Part shown: in pieces, positions 9,050 through 17,962 of the stretch | How positions within the stretch are numbered: the first letter of the stretch is position 1 | How the letters are laid out: each line of letters opens with the position of its first letter | Virus record (IMG/VR): IMGVR_UViG_3300044724_009228 | Location: 1 to 26,298 of that record | Length of the DNA: 26,298 bases | DNA from: a virus | Lineage: Duplodnaviria; Caudoviricetes | Strand: one strand, 5' to 3' | Position numbers and translations under genes: made by a program | The notes under the pieces: generated by a model | Seen by the model: the letters and a program-made list of their open reading frames with translations, nothing else | Told to the model about the DNA's origin: nothing | Databases searched by the model: none

Positions 9050-9757
9050 ATGGTTAAAAAATGTGTATTACCTCTGAGCGGTGGCCTGGATTCAACGGTT
9101 ATAGCTCACATGGCTCACGCGGAAGGTTTCGAGATATACTCGTTAACTTTTCATTATGGTCAGCGACATTACCGTGCAGAGTTAGGATGCGCCCGGCGTC
9201 AAGCAGAAAAACTAGCCAAGCATCATAGATTGATTGAAGCTGGATTTGTCCGAGATCTTGCTAGCACAAGCGCTCTCACAAATGATACAATCAAAGTCGC
9301 GAAAACAAAAGACGTACTTGGGGATCCACAGACCGTCAATTATGTGCCCAACAGAAACATGATGTTGCTGAGCATGTGCACGGCATATGCTGAGACTGTA
9401 GGAGCCAGTACCGTGTTTCATGGGGCCGCTTTAGTGGATAGCCAGGCAGGATTTTGGGATGGAAGCAAAGAGTTTTTACATGCAATAAACAATGTAAACA
9501 AGCTGAATCGTCGCAACGTTGTGGAGATTGTAGCTCCATTGATACTCAAGAGCAAAGCCGACATAGTGAAATGTGGCGTGGATCTAGGTGTTGATTTTTC
9601 TAAAACATGGACATGTTATGAAGGTCAAGAGCAAGCCTGTGGTGAATGTACTGCCTGCAGCAGCAGAATAAAAGGGTTTATAGATGCAGGCTATATTGAT
9701 CCGGTAAAATATGCAATAGATATACCGTGGGAGAAATACAATTGTAAGAATATATAA
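9050..9757 (+). CDS. queC: QueC-family PP-loop ATPase (7-cyano-7-deazaguanine synthase-like), divergent
   Basis: PP-loop SGGLDS, YGQRH, YVPNRN, zinc motif TWTCY...CGECTAC..R. The canonical YPDC motif is replaced by FWDG. Confidence 0.9.
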   Translation: MVKKCVLPLSGGLDSTVIAHMAHAEGFEIYSLTFHYGQRHYRAELGCARRQAEKLAKHHRLIEAGFVRDLASTSALTNDTIKVAKTKDVLGDPQTVNYVPNRNMMLLSMCTAYAETVGASTVFHGAALVDSQAGFWDGSKEFLHAINNVNKLNRRNVVEIVAPLILKSKADIVKCGVDLGVDFSKTWTCYEGQEQACGECTACSSRIKGFIDAGYIDPVKYAIDIPWEKYNCKNI

Positions 9758-9762
9758 TAAAC

Positions 9763-10428
9763 ATGTGTGGTATATTCGGAGCTAAAAAATTTCATACATT
9801 TGATCGATTGTATAGTGCGAACAAAGATCGAGGTACATTTTCTCATGGCTTCATGTATTTGAAAAAAAATGGAATCATGCACCTCAAGAGGAGAAAAGGC
9901 ATTACAACACTCACCGGTCAATATGGTTGGCAGTATCAACTTGATTATGATTTGTATCTAGGTCACACACAAGCACCGACATCATCTGTCAGGCATTACA
10001 GGGCTAAATACTCTCACCCGTTTGAGCATGGTAATTTTATTGTGGCACACAACGGTGTATTGGAAAACCATCTAGAATTAGCTGAAGAGCATCGAATCGA
10101 CCCAAATATAATAAAAGTGGATAGCCAGATAATACCGATGTTGCTGGATGATTTATTTGTGGGGAGTGATGTACTGGCTATACAGGAAGTGTGTAATCTA
10201 TTGAAAGGTATATTCAGTTGCTGGATATATTGCAAAAAGACCAAGCTTACATATGTTGTGCGGAGCGGATGTACATTATACACAAATGACAATCTAACAA
10301 CATTTTCATCTATAAAGTTTAATAAAACGAAAAACGAACTTGACCAGGGAATTATATATTGTTTTACACCTGAAGGACTGACTAATGTGGGTACATTTGC
10401 ATCTGATAATCCGTTCTTTGTTTTATGA
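9763..10428 (+). CDS. Class II (Ntn-hydrolase) glutamine amidotransferase
   Basis: N-terminal MCGIFG nucleophile, DRG..S.G, GHTQAPT, SHPF, VAHNGVLEN, VDSQ. Confidence 0.88.
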   Translation: MCGIFGAKKFHTFDRLYSANKDRGTFSHGFMYLKKNGIMHLKRRKGITTLTGQYGWQYQLDYDLYLGHTQAPTSSVRHYRAKYSHPFEHGNFIVAHNGVLENHLELAEEHRIDPNIIKVDSQIIPMLLDDLFVGSDVLAIQEVCNLLKGIFSCWIYCKKTKLTYVVRSGCTLYTNDNLTTFSSIKFNKTKNELDQGIIYCFTPEGLTNVGTFASDNPFFVL

Positions 10429-11132
10429 AAAATAACAAAATATTAGTTGTTTCAGCTACACGCTCGAGCACCACAAAAAACACATTGCTTTCAAAATCAT
10501 TACAGGCTATGTCTCACAACAACAAGATTGTAGACAAACAATATGATGTCAAGTTTCACACAAATAATACACAGCCATTACCGATTGTGTACAATCAATA
10601 CATAAATGATAAAACTCTCAAGAGATATAAGATTGTGTTGTTCGTGCATGATGATGTGTATATTGACGACCTCGGGTGTTTTGACAAGATAAACACAAAC
10701 GTACACACCTACAAAAACGACATAATAGGACTAGCGGGAGCCACTAGTGTAAAAATTCAAAAACCGACTTTATGGCATTTGATGTCTGAAAGAAAAAATC
10801 AAACCGGGGCGGTGGCACATTTTGATTCCACTGGTACATTACTGAGTACCACATGTTTCGGTCAATATCCGAAACGATGTCTAGTACTAGATGGTTTGTT
10901 TTTAGCTGTCAATATTGAATCAGCATTGAAGGTTGGTTGGAAGTTTAATGAATCATTTCGATTTCATCATTATGATATTGCATCATGTTTAGATGCCAAT
11001 AATCTTCGCATGAAAATGAGCACCTGTAATATACATGTGGTACACGCTTCTCCAGGTCTTGCGGATTACAATGATAAAACTTTCCAACAATCGCAAGATA
11101 TTTTCTTGCAAAAATACGGACCATCTACATAA
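10425..11132 (+). CDS. GT-A fold glycosyltransferase (family 2-like)
   Basis: YN..., LFVHDDV (DxD-like), IIGLAG, LDGLFLAV, FNESFRFHHYDIASCL. ATGA overlap with the GATase gene. Confidence 0.75.
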   Translation: MKNNKILVVSATRSSTTKNTLLSKSLQAMSHNNKIVDKQYDVKFHTNNTQPLPIVYNQYINDKTLKRYKIVLFVHDDVYIDDLGCFDKINTNVHTYKNDIIGLAGATSVKIQKPTLWHLMSERKNQTGAVAHFDSTGTLLSTTCFGQYPKRCLVLDGLFLAVNIESALKVGWKFNESFRFHHYDIASCLDANNLRMKMSTCNIHVVHASPGLADYNDKTFQQSQDIFLQKYGPST

Positions 11133-11140
11133 TCAAACAT

Positions 11141-12469
11141 ATGAGCAGCATCGATTGGGATTTTTATGAAAATATTATTGTATACAATGCACTGACAAGC
11201 AGAGACTACCTGGCAAGTATAATTGATCAAACAGATCCGCAATATTTTAACAGCAAGGACATCCGGTGCGTGTTTGATATAATTACAAATTTTTTCACAA
11301 CACGTAATGAAATACCAACATTAACAGAGGTGAAGAGTTATTTAACAACACCAGAAGCAAAAGACGCGTTTAGAAAAGTTGTGAGTAAATTCAAAGATAT
11401 CGGTAAGCAATACAACAGAGACGAGTTGTATGAGAATACTGAGAGGTTTCTAAAAGAACGCGCGGTGTATACAACCATGCTAGATGTTGCTGATCAATGC
11501 TCAAAAGATAAAATAGACACAGGAGAAATTTACGATAAATTTCACAAAGCCTGTAATGTGTCGCTAGCAATCGACAAGGGACATGATTACTTTAATGATA
11601 TTGATGCTCACATTGAAGATCTGCTCACAATAGATAGTACCATATCATCAAATTGGCCGTGGCTGGATGAAAAAATAGGCGGAGGTTTTCTAGAGAATGG
11701 GAGAGCCATCTATATATTTGCCGGAGAAACTAACATAGGTAAATCAATATTTCTAGGTAATATAGCCACTAATATAGCTAAGTCTGGTAAAACCGTTGTA
11801 TTGATCACACTTGAGATGAGTGAGATGGTTTATTCTAAAAGACTGAGCAGTGATATTACAAAAATACCAATAGGAACATTACACACCATGACCGATGAAT
11901 TGAAAAACCGGGCATTAGATTTTCAGCAGAAAACTAAATCCGGTATACTTGTCAAGGAATTTCCACCCAACACAATTACATGTAGTCAGGTAAGATCATT
12001 TATAGAGAAAGTGATAAACAGCGGTATAGATGTAGGTGCTATTGTGTTAGATTATGTAAATTTATTGAAAAGCAACCGCGGTACTAATTCGTACGAGCGT
12101 GTTAAATATGCTACCGAGGAACTTCGAGCTCTTAGTTATACATTCAAATGCCCGATCATAACAGCAACACAACTCAATCGATCTGGTTATAATGAAGTTA
12201 GTCCAGAACTTGACACGATAAGTGAGAGTATAGGTCTAGCTGCTACAGCAGATGCTATATTCGGAATTTGGCAAGAAGAGGAAGATGCAGAGCTTGGAAT
12301 TATAAAAATCGGCATGATGAAAAATAGATTCGGTCCTAATTTCGGAAGCACTACACTCAATATCAATTACAACACATTAACAATAACTGATGATTTTGAA
12401 AAACAAACAGAACACAGCACTGCTGATATAAACGCAGCAACATCAGCATTAAACTTGTTAGCAGATTAG
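11141..12469 (+). CDS. gp41: DnaB-family replicative helicase (T4 gp41-like)
   Basis: Walker A AGETNIGKS, TLEMSE, LDYVNL, TATQLNRSG, SESIG, KNRFG. Confidence 0.95.
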   Translation: MSSIDWDFYENIIVYNALTSRDYLASIIDQTDPQYFNSKDIRCVFDIITNFFTTRNEIPTLTEVKSYLTTPEAKDAFRKVVSKFKDIGKQYNRDELYENTERFLKERAVYTTMLDVADQCSKDKIDTGEIYDKFHKACNVSLAIDKGHDYFNDIDAHIEDLLTIDSTISSNWPWLDEKIGGGFLENGRAIYIFAGETNIGKSIFLGNIATNIAKSGKTVVLITLEMSEMVYSKRLSSDITKIPIGTLHTMTDELKNRALDFQQKTKSGILVKEFPPNTITCSQVRSFIEKVINSGIDVGAIVLDYVNLLKSNRGTNSYERVKYATEELRALSYTFKCPIITATQLNRSGYNEVSPELDTISESIGLAATADAIFGIWQEEEDAELGIIKIGMMKNRFGPNFGSTTLNINYNTLTITDDFEKQTEHSTADINAATSALNLLAD

Positions 12470-12472
12470 CAG

Positions 12473-12501
12473 TTGTAAATCAAAGAAATATACACTAAAT
12501 A
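12473..12501 (+). promoter_or_regulatory. Promoter: TTGTAA-17 nt-TAAATA
   Basis: A -35-like hexamer at 17 nt from a late-type TAAATA. The GTG start follows 6 nt later. Confidence 0.55.
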
Positions 12502-12507
12502 CAAACA

Positions 12508-13416
12508 GTGTCAAAAAATAACAAACATTTTGTGTTTACAGATTGCGATCTTGATGGGGCTGGCAGCTATCTGATGTGGAAATGGTTCACTGGTCAGCAA
12601 CCGGATAGATGTGCTGTAAGAGTAAATGATTTTGAAGATAAATACACCGCATGGATAGCCGCAGGTAATTTGAACAAATATGATAGAATTTTTATTCTAG
12701 ATCTTGATATCTCTAGATTGAACTGCTTTGATTTAATAGACAACGAGAAAGTGACAATAATTGATCACCACACGTCACATGTTGAATATGTTGATAAGTA
12801 CAAGCATGCTAAAGTGCATGTGGAGGATGAAACTAGCTGCACAAAAATGGTGTATAATCTTTTCAAAAAAACCGGGAAAGACTTATCCGATAATAAAAAG
12901 ACTCTTGTAGCGTTAATTGATGATTATGATAGTTACACACTGAAAGTACCATATTCATATCACTTGAATTTACTGTTCTGGAACTATCAAGGCGATCGGG
13001 TAGAGAAATTCATCACGGAATTCGGCAACGGCTTCAACGGATTCACATCAGAACAAAATCAAATAATATCTTTTTATATCAAAAAGTTTGAGAATATTAA
13101 GAGAGAATTAGAAGTTCATTACGCGTACATACCCATAAAGGATAAAAAATACAAATTTATCAGTGTATTCGCTAATGAATGTGTAAATGAAATAGCTTCG
13201 TATATAATAGACAATTACAAAGCCGATGTAGGAATGGTCGTTAATGTTAATAGTAACAAAGTGAGTGTGCGTAAGAGTAAAACATGTGATTTGAATCTCG
13301 GAAAGCTTTGTGAAAACTTATTTGATCAAGGAGGAGGTCATGATAATTCCGCCGGTGGTATATTGTGTGAAAAATTTCTTAAATTTTCTTCTCTATTCAA
13401 GTCGATGAAAATATAA
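12508..13416 (+). CDS. DHH/DHHA1-family phosphoesterase
   Basis: TDCDLDG, ILDLD, IIDHH, DDYD, C-terminal SVR...GGGH..SAG. Confidence 0.88.
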   Translation: MSKNNKHFVFTDCDLDGAGSYLMWKWFTGQQPDRCAVRVNDFEDKYTAWIAAGNLNKYDRIFILDLDISRLNCFDLIDNEKVTIIDHHTSHVEYVDKYKHAKVHVEDETSCTKMVYNLFKKTGKDLSDNKKTLVALIDDYDSYTLKVPYSYHLNLLFWNYQGDRVEKFITEFGNGFNGFTSEQNQIISFYIKKFENIKRELEVHYAYIPIKDKKYKFISVFANECVNEIASYIIDNYKADVGMVVNVNSNKVSVRKSKTCDLNLGKLCENLFDQGGGHDNSAGGILCEKFLKFSSLFKSMKI

Positions 13417-13724
13417 TGAACAATGTTGTAACAAACATAAAAAAACTTGATCCAGTTGACCGCGTGTATAAAAAAGAATACATGCATCAATTTCTCAGCT
13501 TCTGTTCATTCGTCTGCATTTTAAAACAAAAAAAACTCAACCTAGCCAACATATTCATAATAATGTTGCAAGATCCGAATATGTTATCTATATTTAAAAA
13601 TATGTGCGAGATAGATAGTAATTACGAAGCAGTAAAGAAATTCTTAGAATATGATGCATCGCTACACAAATCAAAATACATAAAAAATTTTTTAGAATCC
13701 AACAACTTAAAACTAACCTGCTAA
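13416..13724 (+). CDS. Hypothetical protein
   Basis: 102 aa ORF coupled to the DHH gene by a TAATG overlap. Confidence 0.7.
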   Translation: MNNVVTNIKKLDPVDRVYKKEYMHQFLSFCSFVCILKQKKLNLANIFIIMLQDPNMLSIFKNMCEIDSNYEAVKKFLEYDASLHKSKYIKNFLESNNLKLTC

Positions 13725-13733
13725 TTTTAAAAG

Positions 13734-13762
13734 TTGAAAAAAACAACAACCCAGTATATAAT
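13734..13762 (+). promoter_or_regulatory. sigma70-like promoter of the SSB gene
   Basis: TTGAAA-17 nt-TATAAT. ATG follows 12 nt later. Confidence 0.75.
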
Positions 13763-13774
13763 AGATTATAAATT

Positions 13775-14668
13775 ATGAGTACATTCACATCAACCATGTT
13801 CGACAGTATCAAGCAAGCCTTGAACAAACAACCTAAATCCGGAGGCATTGGAGACATCCTCAAGACCACACCAGGTAACACATATGAAGTTCGTTTGTTA
13901 CCATGTGTAACCAATCCAGATAAAACATTTTTTCATTATTTTTCTCATGGATGGACGTCGTTCGCTACAGGTCAATATGTAAATGCTTTGAGTCCGCAAA
14001 CCTGGGGTGAGAGGGATCCGATTTCAGAGATGAGATATCAACATTACCGTTCTGGTTCTCCAGAAGAGAAAGACAAAAGCCGGAGCATCTTACGATCCGA
14101 AAAATGGTTAGTAAATGTATATGTTGTGAATGACCCATCATCACCTGAAAATAATGGTACAGTGAAAGTGTTAAGATTTGGCAAGCAACTACACAGCATC
14201 ATCATGGATGCGATTGAAGGTGATGATTCGGATCAATTCGGTCCGCGTATCTTTGATTTGAGTAAAAATGGTTGTAGTTTCAGAATCAAAGTAGACAAAC
14301 AAGGTGATTTTCCGTCTTATGTATCAAGCAGATTTTTGATGCCGGCAGAGATCCCCGGCATATCTAAAGAGCGCGCTGAGTCAATTTACGATAGTGTTCA
14401 TGATTTAGAAGAAGTTCTACCGCGAAAAAATCAACAAGAATTGACAGACATGTTAAATGAGCATTACTTGTGTGTTGATTCACCAGTACAGACCACACCA
14501 TCGCCGGCTCCCTCACCAAGCTCCACACCAGTTACCACCGGTGCTGCGGCAGATCCTGCTCTTGAAGAAGATGTACCTTGGGGTGAGTCTGAGACTGGCA
14601 CTAGCGGTAGTGACGATATTGATGATGATACTATCAAAAACTTACTCGATGGTTTAGATAATGACTGA
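13775..14668 (+). CDS. gp32: Single-stranded DNA-binding protein (T4 gp32-like)
   Basis: VRLLP, YFSHGW, NVYVVNDP..PENNGTVK..RFGK, IFD...G..F.IK, Y..SRF, and an acidic tail DDIDDDTIKNLLDGL. Confidence 0.9.
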   Translation: MSTFTSTMFDSIKQALNKQPKSGGIGDILKTTPGNTYEVRLLPCVTNPDKTFFHYFSHGWTSFATGQYVNALSPQTWGERDPISEMRYQHYRSGSPEEKDKSRSILRSEKWLVNVYVVNDPSSPENNGTVKVLRFGKQLHSIIMDAIEGDDSDQFGPRIFDLSKNGCSFRIKVDKQGDFPSYVSSRFLMPAEIPGISKERAESIYDSVHDLEEVLPRKNQQELTDMLNEHYLCVDSPVQTTPSPAPSPSSTPVTTGAAADPALEEDVPWGESETGTSGSDDIDDDTIKNLLDGLDND

Positions 14669-15191
14669 TGAGCAACCACAACCTGAGCGCCCGGTTATTG
14701 ATATATCCAGGCATGAGCAAGAGTATAATTTGCAACAAGAAGATATATCAGACATAACAGGGTTGATAGCAGTTGTAGGTAAAGAATTAACCACAATTGA
14801 TAAATTTGGAGCCGGTATGAGCACACGGAAGGCGACACAGTTGAGTCAGCAAAAAATTTTTAATAAAAAACCTACACCACGATCAACACAGCCATCAGAT
14901 CAGCCATCGATTGATAACAAATTACAGGAACTCAAGCAGCAAGTTGTTTCTAACAACACACAACCAGCTCCTGCACCGCAACCAGCTCCTGCACCGCAAC
15001 CAGCTCCTGCACCGCAACCAACATCTGCACCGAAAATAGTATCTACAGTTATTCCAGAAAAACTCGAGAGTAAATTAAATGATATTGAAAATAAAATTGA
15101 TAAATTGCAGGACGTTTTTGATAGTCTGCTAACAAAAATATCTAAAAATACAAAACGCATAACTTTGACATTAAATGATAGTAAAGATTGA
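14661..15191 (+). CDS. Hypothetical protein with Pro-rich linker and C-terminal coiled coil
   Basis: 176 aa ORF overlapping both neighbours, with QPAPAP repeats. Confidence 0.75.
   Translation: MTDEQPQPERPVIDISRHEQEYNLQQEDISDITGLIAVVGKELTTIDKFGAGMSTRKATQLSQQKIFNKKPTPRSTQPSDQPSIDNKLQELKQQVVSNNTQPAPAPQPAPAPQPAPAPQPTSAPKIVSTVIPEKLESKLNDIENKIDKLQDVFDSLLTKISKNTKRITLTLNDSKD
14961..15032. repeat. Coding tandem repeat, 18 bp x 4
   Basis: Unit CAACCAGCTCCTGCACCG x3 plus a variant copy CAACCAACATCTGCACCG. Confidence 0.95.
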
Positions 15192-15909
15192 TAATCTAGA
15201 TCAGTTTGTTAGCTGCTTCTTATCATTAATATCCAAGGTATGTGACAATATATGTCTAAAAATAGATGGTGATAAAATTTTTAGCATAACGAACAGCAGC
15301 GATAACACAATTGTGGTATTGTCAACATTTAAGCAGACAAACACTATTGATAATACAATAAAATTAAACATACCTGACATAACACGGTTTTTACGTGTCA
15401 TGAGTTGTATAAGCAACACCACCGCAAATCTTGATATTGATAGTAATTGTATAAAATACAAATCATCCAATGCTCGGTTTAAATATCATTTGCTTGAGGA
15501 TGGTATAATAAAAGTACCTGGTGTGAGCATGGAGAAAATTAAAAAACTATCATTCAAGCATACATTTTATTTGAGTAAAACCGCGGTGTTATCATTGATA
15601 AAAGGAAGCTCTCTTGTGACAGATATTGATAAGTTATACTTTTTTGTTGAAGATGGTAGTATATTTGCCGAAATAACCGACAAGGAATCAAGCAATGTGG
15701 ATTCATACACCCAAAAAATATCAGATGATTACACTGGTGAAGGTGTGTTTGAACAAATGGTTATCAATTTTGAAATATTGAGAATGATAAGCAGTTTGAA
15801 ATTTGATAAAATCAAAGTGAAAATAAACACAGATGTTAATGTGTTGATATTTGAAGTTGAGATTGAGAACACGAAGCATAATTTTATATGTACAACGTAC
15901 GTTAGATAA
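15175..15909 (+). CDS. gp45: Probable sliding clamp (T4 gp45-like)
   Basis: 244 aa with an alpha/beta pattern; the IPDITRFL...FKYHLLEDGIIKVP segment resembles gp45 I-x-D-L-x-x-F-L...Y...I..P. Located in the replication module. Confidence 0.65.
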   Translation: MIVKIDNLDQFVSCFLSLISKVCDNICLKIDGDKIFSITNSSDNTIVVLSTFKQTNTIDNTIKLNIPDITRFLRVMSCISNTTANLDIDSNCIKYKSSNARFKYHLLEDGIIKVPGVSMEKIKKLSFKHTFYLSKTAVLSLIKGSSLVTDIDKLYFFVEDGSIFAEITDKESSNVDSYTQKISDDYTGEGVFEQMVINFEILRMISSLKFDKIKVKINTDVNVLIFEVEIENTKHNFICTTYVR

Positions 15910-16301
15910 TGACAAAACAAACAAAAAAGAACAAAATATCAACAATGGGGTATTTCATCAAAAGACTGAAAGACAATGACTTTGTTGTGTGGAAAGTTTT
16001 CAACAAGTATGGGCATCATGATCATCGATTGTGGACAGTGATGGTAAATCCCGGAGAAGAATCTGTATATATAACATGCTATGTGAACACAGATGAGCTT
16101 GGATCCGCCCCGGTGTTTGAAATTCAATCAGGTTCATCGCTTTTTAGAAATTATGCAAAAATACAAACACGTAGCATGGAAGTTATAATCAGCCATCTCC
16201 TCAAGAGAGGTGTACAACAAAACAGCGAAACATACCGAGTCACTACCAATACAATAAATACTAATGAAACACATGTCAAAAAAACAGAAACAACAACCTG
16301 A
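15909..16301 (+). CDS. Hypothetical protein
   Basis: 130 aa ORF, TAATG-coupled to the upstream gene. Confidence 0.75.
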   Translation: MTKQTKKNKISTMGYFIKRLKDNDFVVWKVFNKYGHHDHRLWTVMVNPGEESVYITCYVNTDELGSAPVFEIQSGSSLFRNYAKIQTRSMEVIISHLLKRGVQQNSETYRVTTNTINTNETHVKKTETTT

Positions 16302-16599
16302 TGGTGATAGTGAAATACCTGCTGGGATGCTCAACATCGAAAAACAAATAGGTGAGTATGTCAAAAGATACAAACAAAACAAACAATTGAGTCAAGAGAA
16401 TGTCGATATAATATCTTCGTTCATTGAAGAGTATTTACAAGCTTTTATATTGATTGGATACAACTACGATGGAGAGTTTATAACACACGCGCATAGTAAA
16501 TCTCCGCTACAATCAGATGCTCTAAATACCGGACTACATAAATTTTTAATAAAAGCGTTGGGTAGAAACTCTCTCCCGCCCGGTCTACCACACGAATAA
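16264..16599 (+). CDS. Hypothetical protein
   Basis: 111 aa ORF. TAAATA at 16255-16260; the start could be 16264 or 16273. Confidence 0.7.
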   Translation: MKHMSKKQKQQPDGDSEIPAGMLNIEKQIGEYVKRYKQNKQLSQENVDIISSFIEEYLQAFILIGYNYDGEFITHAHSKSPLQSDALNTGLHKFLIKALGRNSLPPGLPHE

Positions 16600-16854
16600 A
16601 TGAAAACTGGCAGCATTTATGCTGTGTCTACTGGAACATACTTAGGTGAGTTTTTTGTGTATATAGGCCAGGCTAAAAATAAAAGAAAATTTCTCTCTTT
16701 ACCGAAAATGATCAATAGAGAGATTGAAAATAAAAATGTTGACCATGCCCTAGAAAAAGGCATTTTAGAGTTTCAAGAAGTGTTACCTGTAGATATAATA
16801 AATGTATGCAAGCAACAGTTCCAACAAAATGAAAAAACTATACATCGACGGTAG
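16600..16854 (+). CDS. Hypothetical protein
   Basis: 84 aa ORF abutting the previous stop codon (TAA ATG). Confidence 0.7.
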   Translation: MKTGSIYAVSTGTYLGEFFVYIGQAKNKRKFLSLPKMINREIENKNVDHALEKGILEFQEVLPVDIINVCKQQFQQNEKTIHRR

Positions 16855-17728
16855 CAACTTAATTCATAGATCACACTGGGTGAGCAAATCAGCCAAAGTT
16901 AATAGTGTGTATCTTTTTTTAGCTAGTATTAAAAAATATGCTACTATGTTTGATAGCACGGATATCTACATTGCGTGGGATGATCGTCGAGATCAAGAGA
17001 CACCAAACTTCCGGAGATTGTTATTAGGTAAGACATACAAAGGTACGAGAGATAAACAAAAGAATTATGAAGCATTCAAGAGTGCTGATGATGCAGCTAG
17101 AGTGTCATCTAGCTTGGGCATAAAAAATTTGTATCCTAACACCCTTGAGGCAGATGATATAATAGCGTGGTTGTGTATGAAAAAATTTCCAGACCAAGAC
17201 AGTGTTGTGATATCAACAGATCAAGACATGTTGCAACTAGTCAATGAAAACACGCAAGTGTACAGTCCTACTAAAGATTTGATTATCGATGTTGAAAACT
17301 TTGAAGATGTGGTAGGCGTAAACAGAGAGCGATACATACAATACAAAGCCATACGAGGTGACAAATCAGACAATATCGATGGTATTCCTGGTGCTGGCCC
17401 GAAACGTGCATTAAAAATACTTGATGAAGGTGTATCCAATCTATCTGAAGAATATCACGAGCTGGTTGAACGTAATGTAAAAATAATGTGTCTTACTTTT
17501 AGTCTAGAGACAAATCCACAAGAATGTAAACATTTGCAAGAGCATCACGATCACGTCATTAATGAATGCAAAGTGGATATGAAACAATTTGAGAATGCAT
17601 GTAAATATTACAACATGGTCAACATTATTAATCATATGAACGTGTGGAGATCTATTTTCAACAAAAAAGATACATCTATGATGAGCGCAATCGGAGATAT
17701 AGATTTTTTATCTGGCTTTGATAAATAA
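16829..17728 (+). CDS. rnh: 5'-3' exonuclease / T4 RNase H-like flap nuclease
   Basis: IDGSN, AWD, FRR...YKGTR, EADDII, STDQD, GDKSDNIDGIPGAGPKRA (H3TH). The start is placed at 16829 (MKKLYID). Confidence 0.92.
   Translation: MKKLYIDGSNLIHRSHWVSKSAKVNSVYLFLASIKKYATMFDSTDIYIAWDDRRDQETPNFRRLLLGKTYKGTRDKQKNYEAFKSADDAARVSSSLGIKNLYPNTLEADDIIAWLCMKKFPDQDSVVISTDQDMLQLVNENTQVYSPTKDLIIDVENFEDVVGVNRERYIQYKAIRGDKSDNIDGIPGAGPKRALKILDEGVSNLSEEYHELVERNVKIMCLTFSLETNPQECKHLQEHHDHVINECKVDMKQFENACKYYNMVNIINHMNVWRSIFNKKDTSMMSAIGDIDFLSGFDK
17722..17727 (+). promoter_or_regulatory. Late promoter core TAAATA
   Basis: ATAAATA-7 nt-ATG. Confidence 0.55.
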
Positions 17729-17734
17729 TATTAT

Positions 17735-17944
17735 ATGAATTTTGTAACAGTTAAAAATATTGCATCCCCTCTCACTGGTGGTCTGAGTAAACCACGTATA
17801 ATGAAGTTTGAAAGAGATGGGAAAATCTATGAAGAAGCTCACTGGTACTGTCCTGATTCTGGTCAATTCATTATGAAGGGTGTTGTTTCAATAACTGAAA
17901 AAAACAACAAGCCCACTCCGGATAAAGTTGAAAATCCAGAATAA
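17735..17944 (+). CDS. Small hypothetical protein
   Basis: 69 aa ORF filling the gap between rnh and primase, with its own TAAATA. Confidence 0.7.
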   Translation: MNFVTVKNIASPLTGGLSKPRIMKFERDGKIYEEAHWYCPDSGQFIMKGVVSITEKNNKPTPDKVENPE

Positions 17945-17956
17945 TTATGATATAAT
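17928..17956 (+). promoter_or_regulatory. sigma70-like promoter of the primase gene
   Basis: TTGAAA-17 nt-TATAAT with extended TG. GTG follows 6 nt later. Confidence 0.75.
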
Positions 17957-17962
17957 GATCCT

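Noticed and set aside
9050-9757. A complete queuosine/7-deazaguanine pathway
   Set aside because: folE, queD, queE, queF and dpdA/tgt are not in the window, so a known pathway cannot be claimed from this sequence.
9050-10428. QueC as part of a QatABCD or type IV CBASS defence system
   Set aside because: There is no KAP ATPase, TatD, CD-NTase or TGT-like neighbour. The QueC has canonical short length and sits in a phage replication operon.
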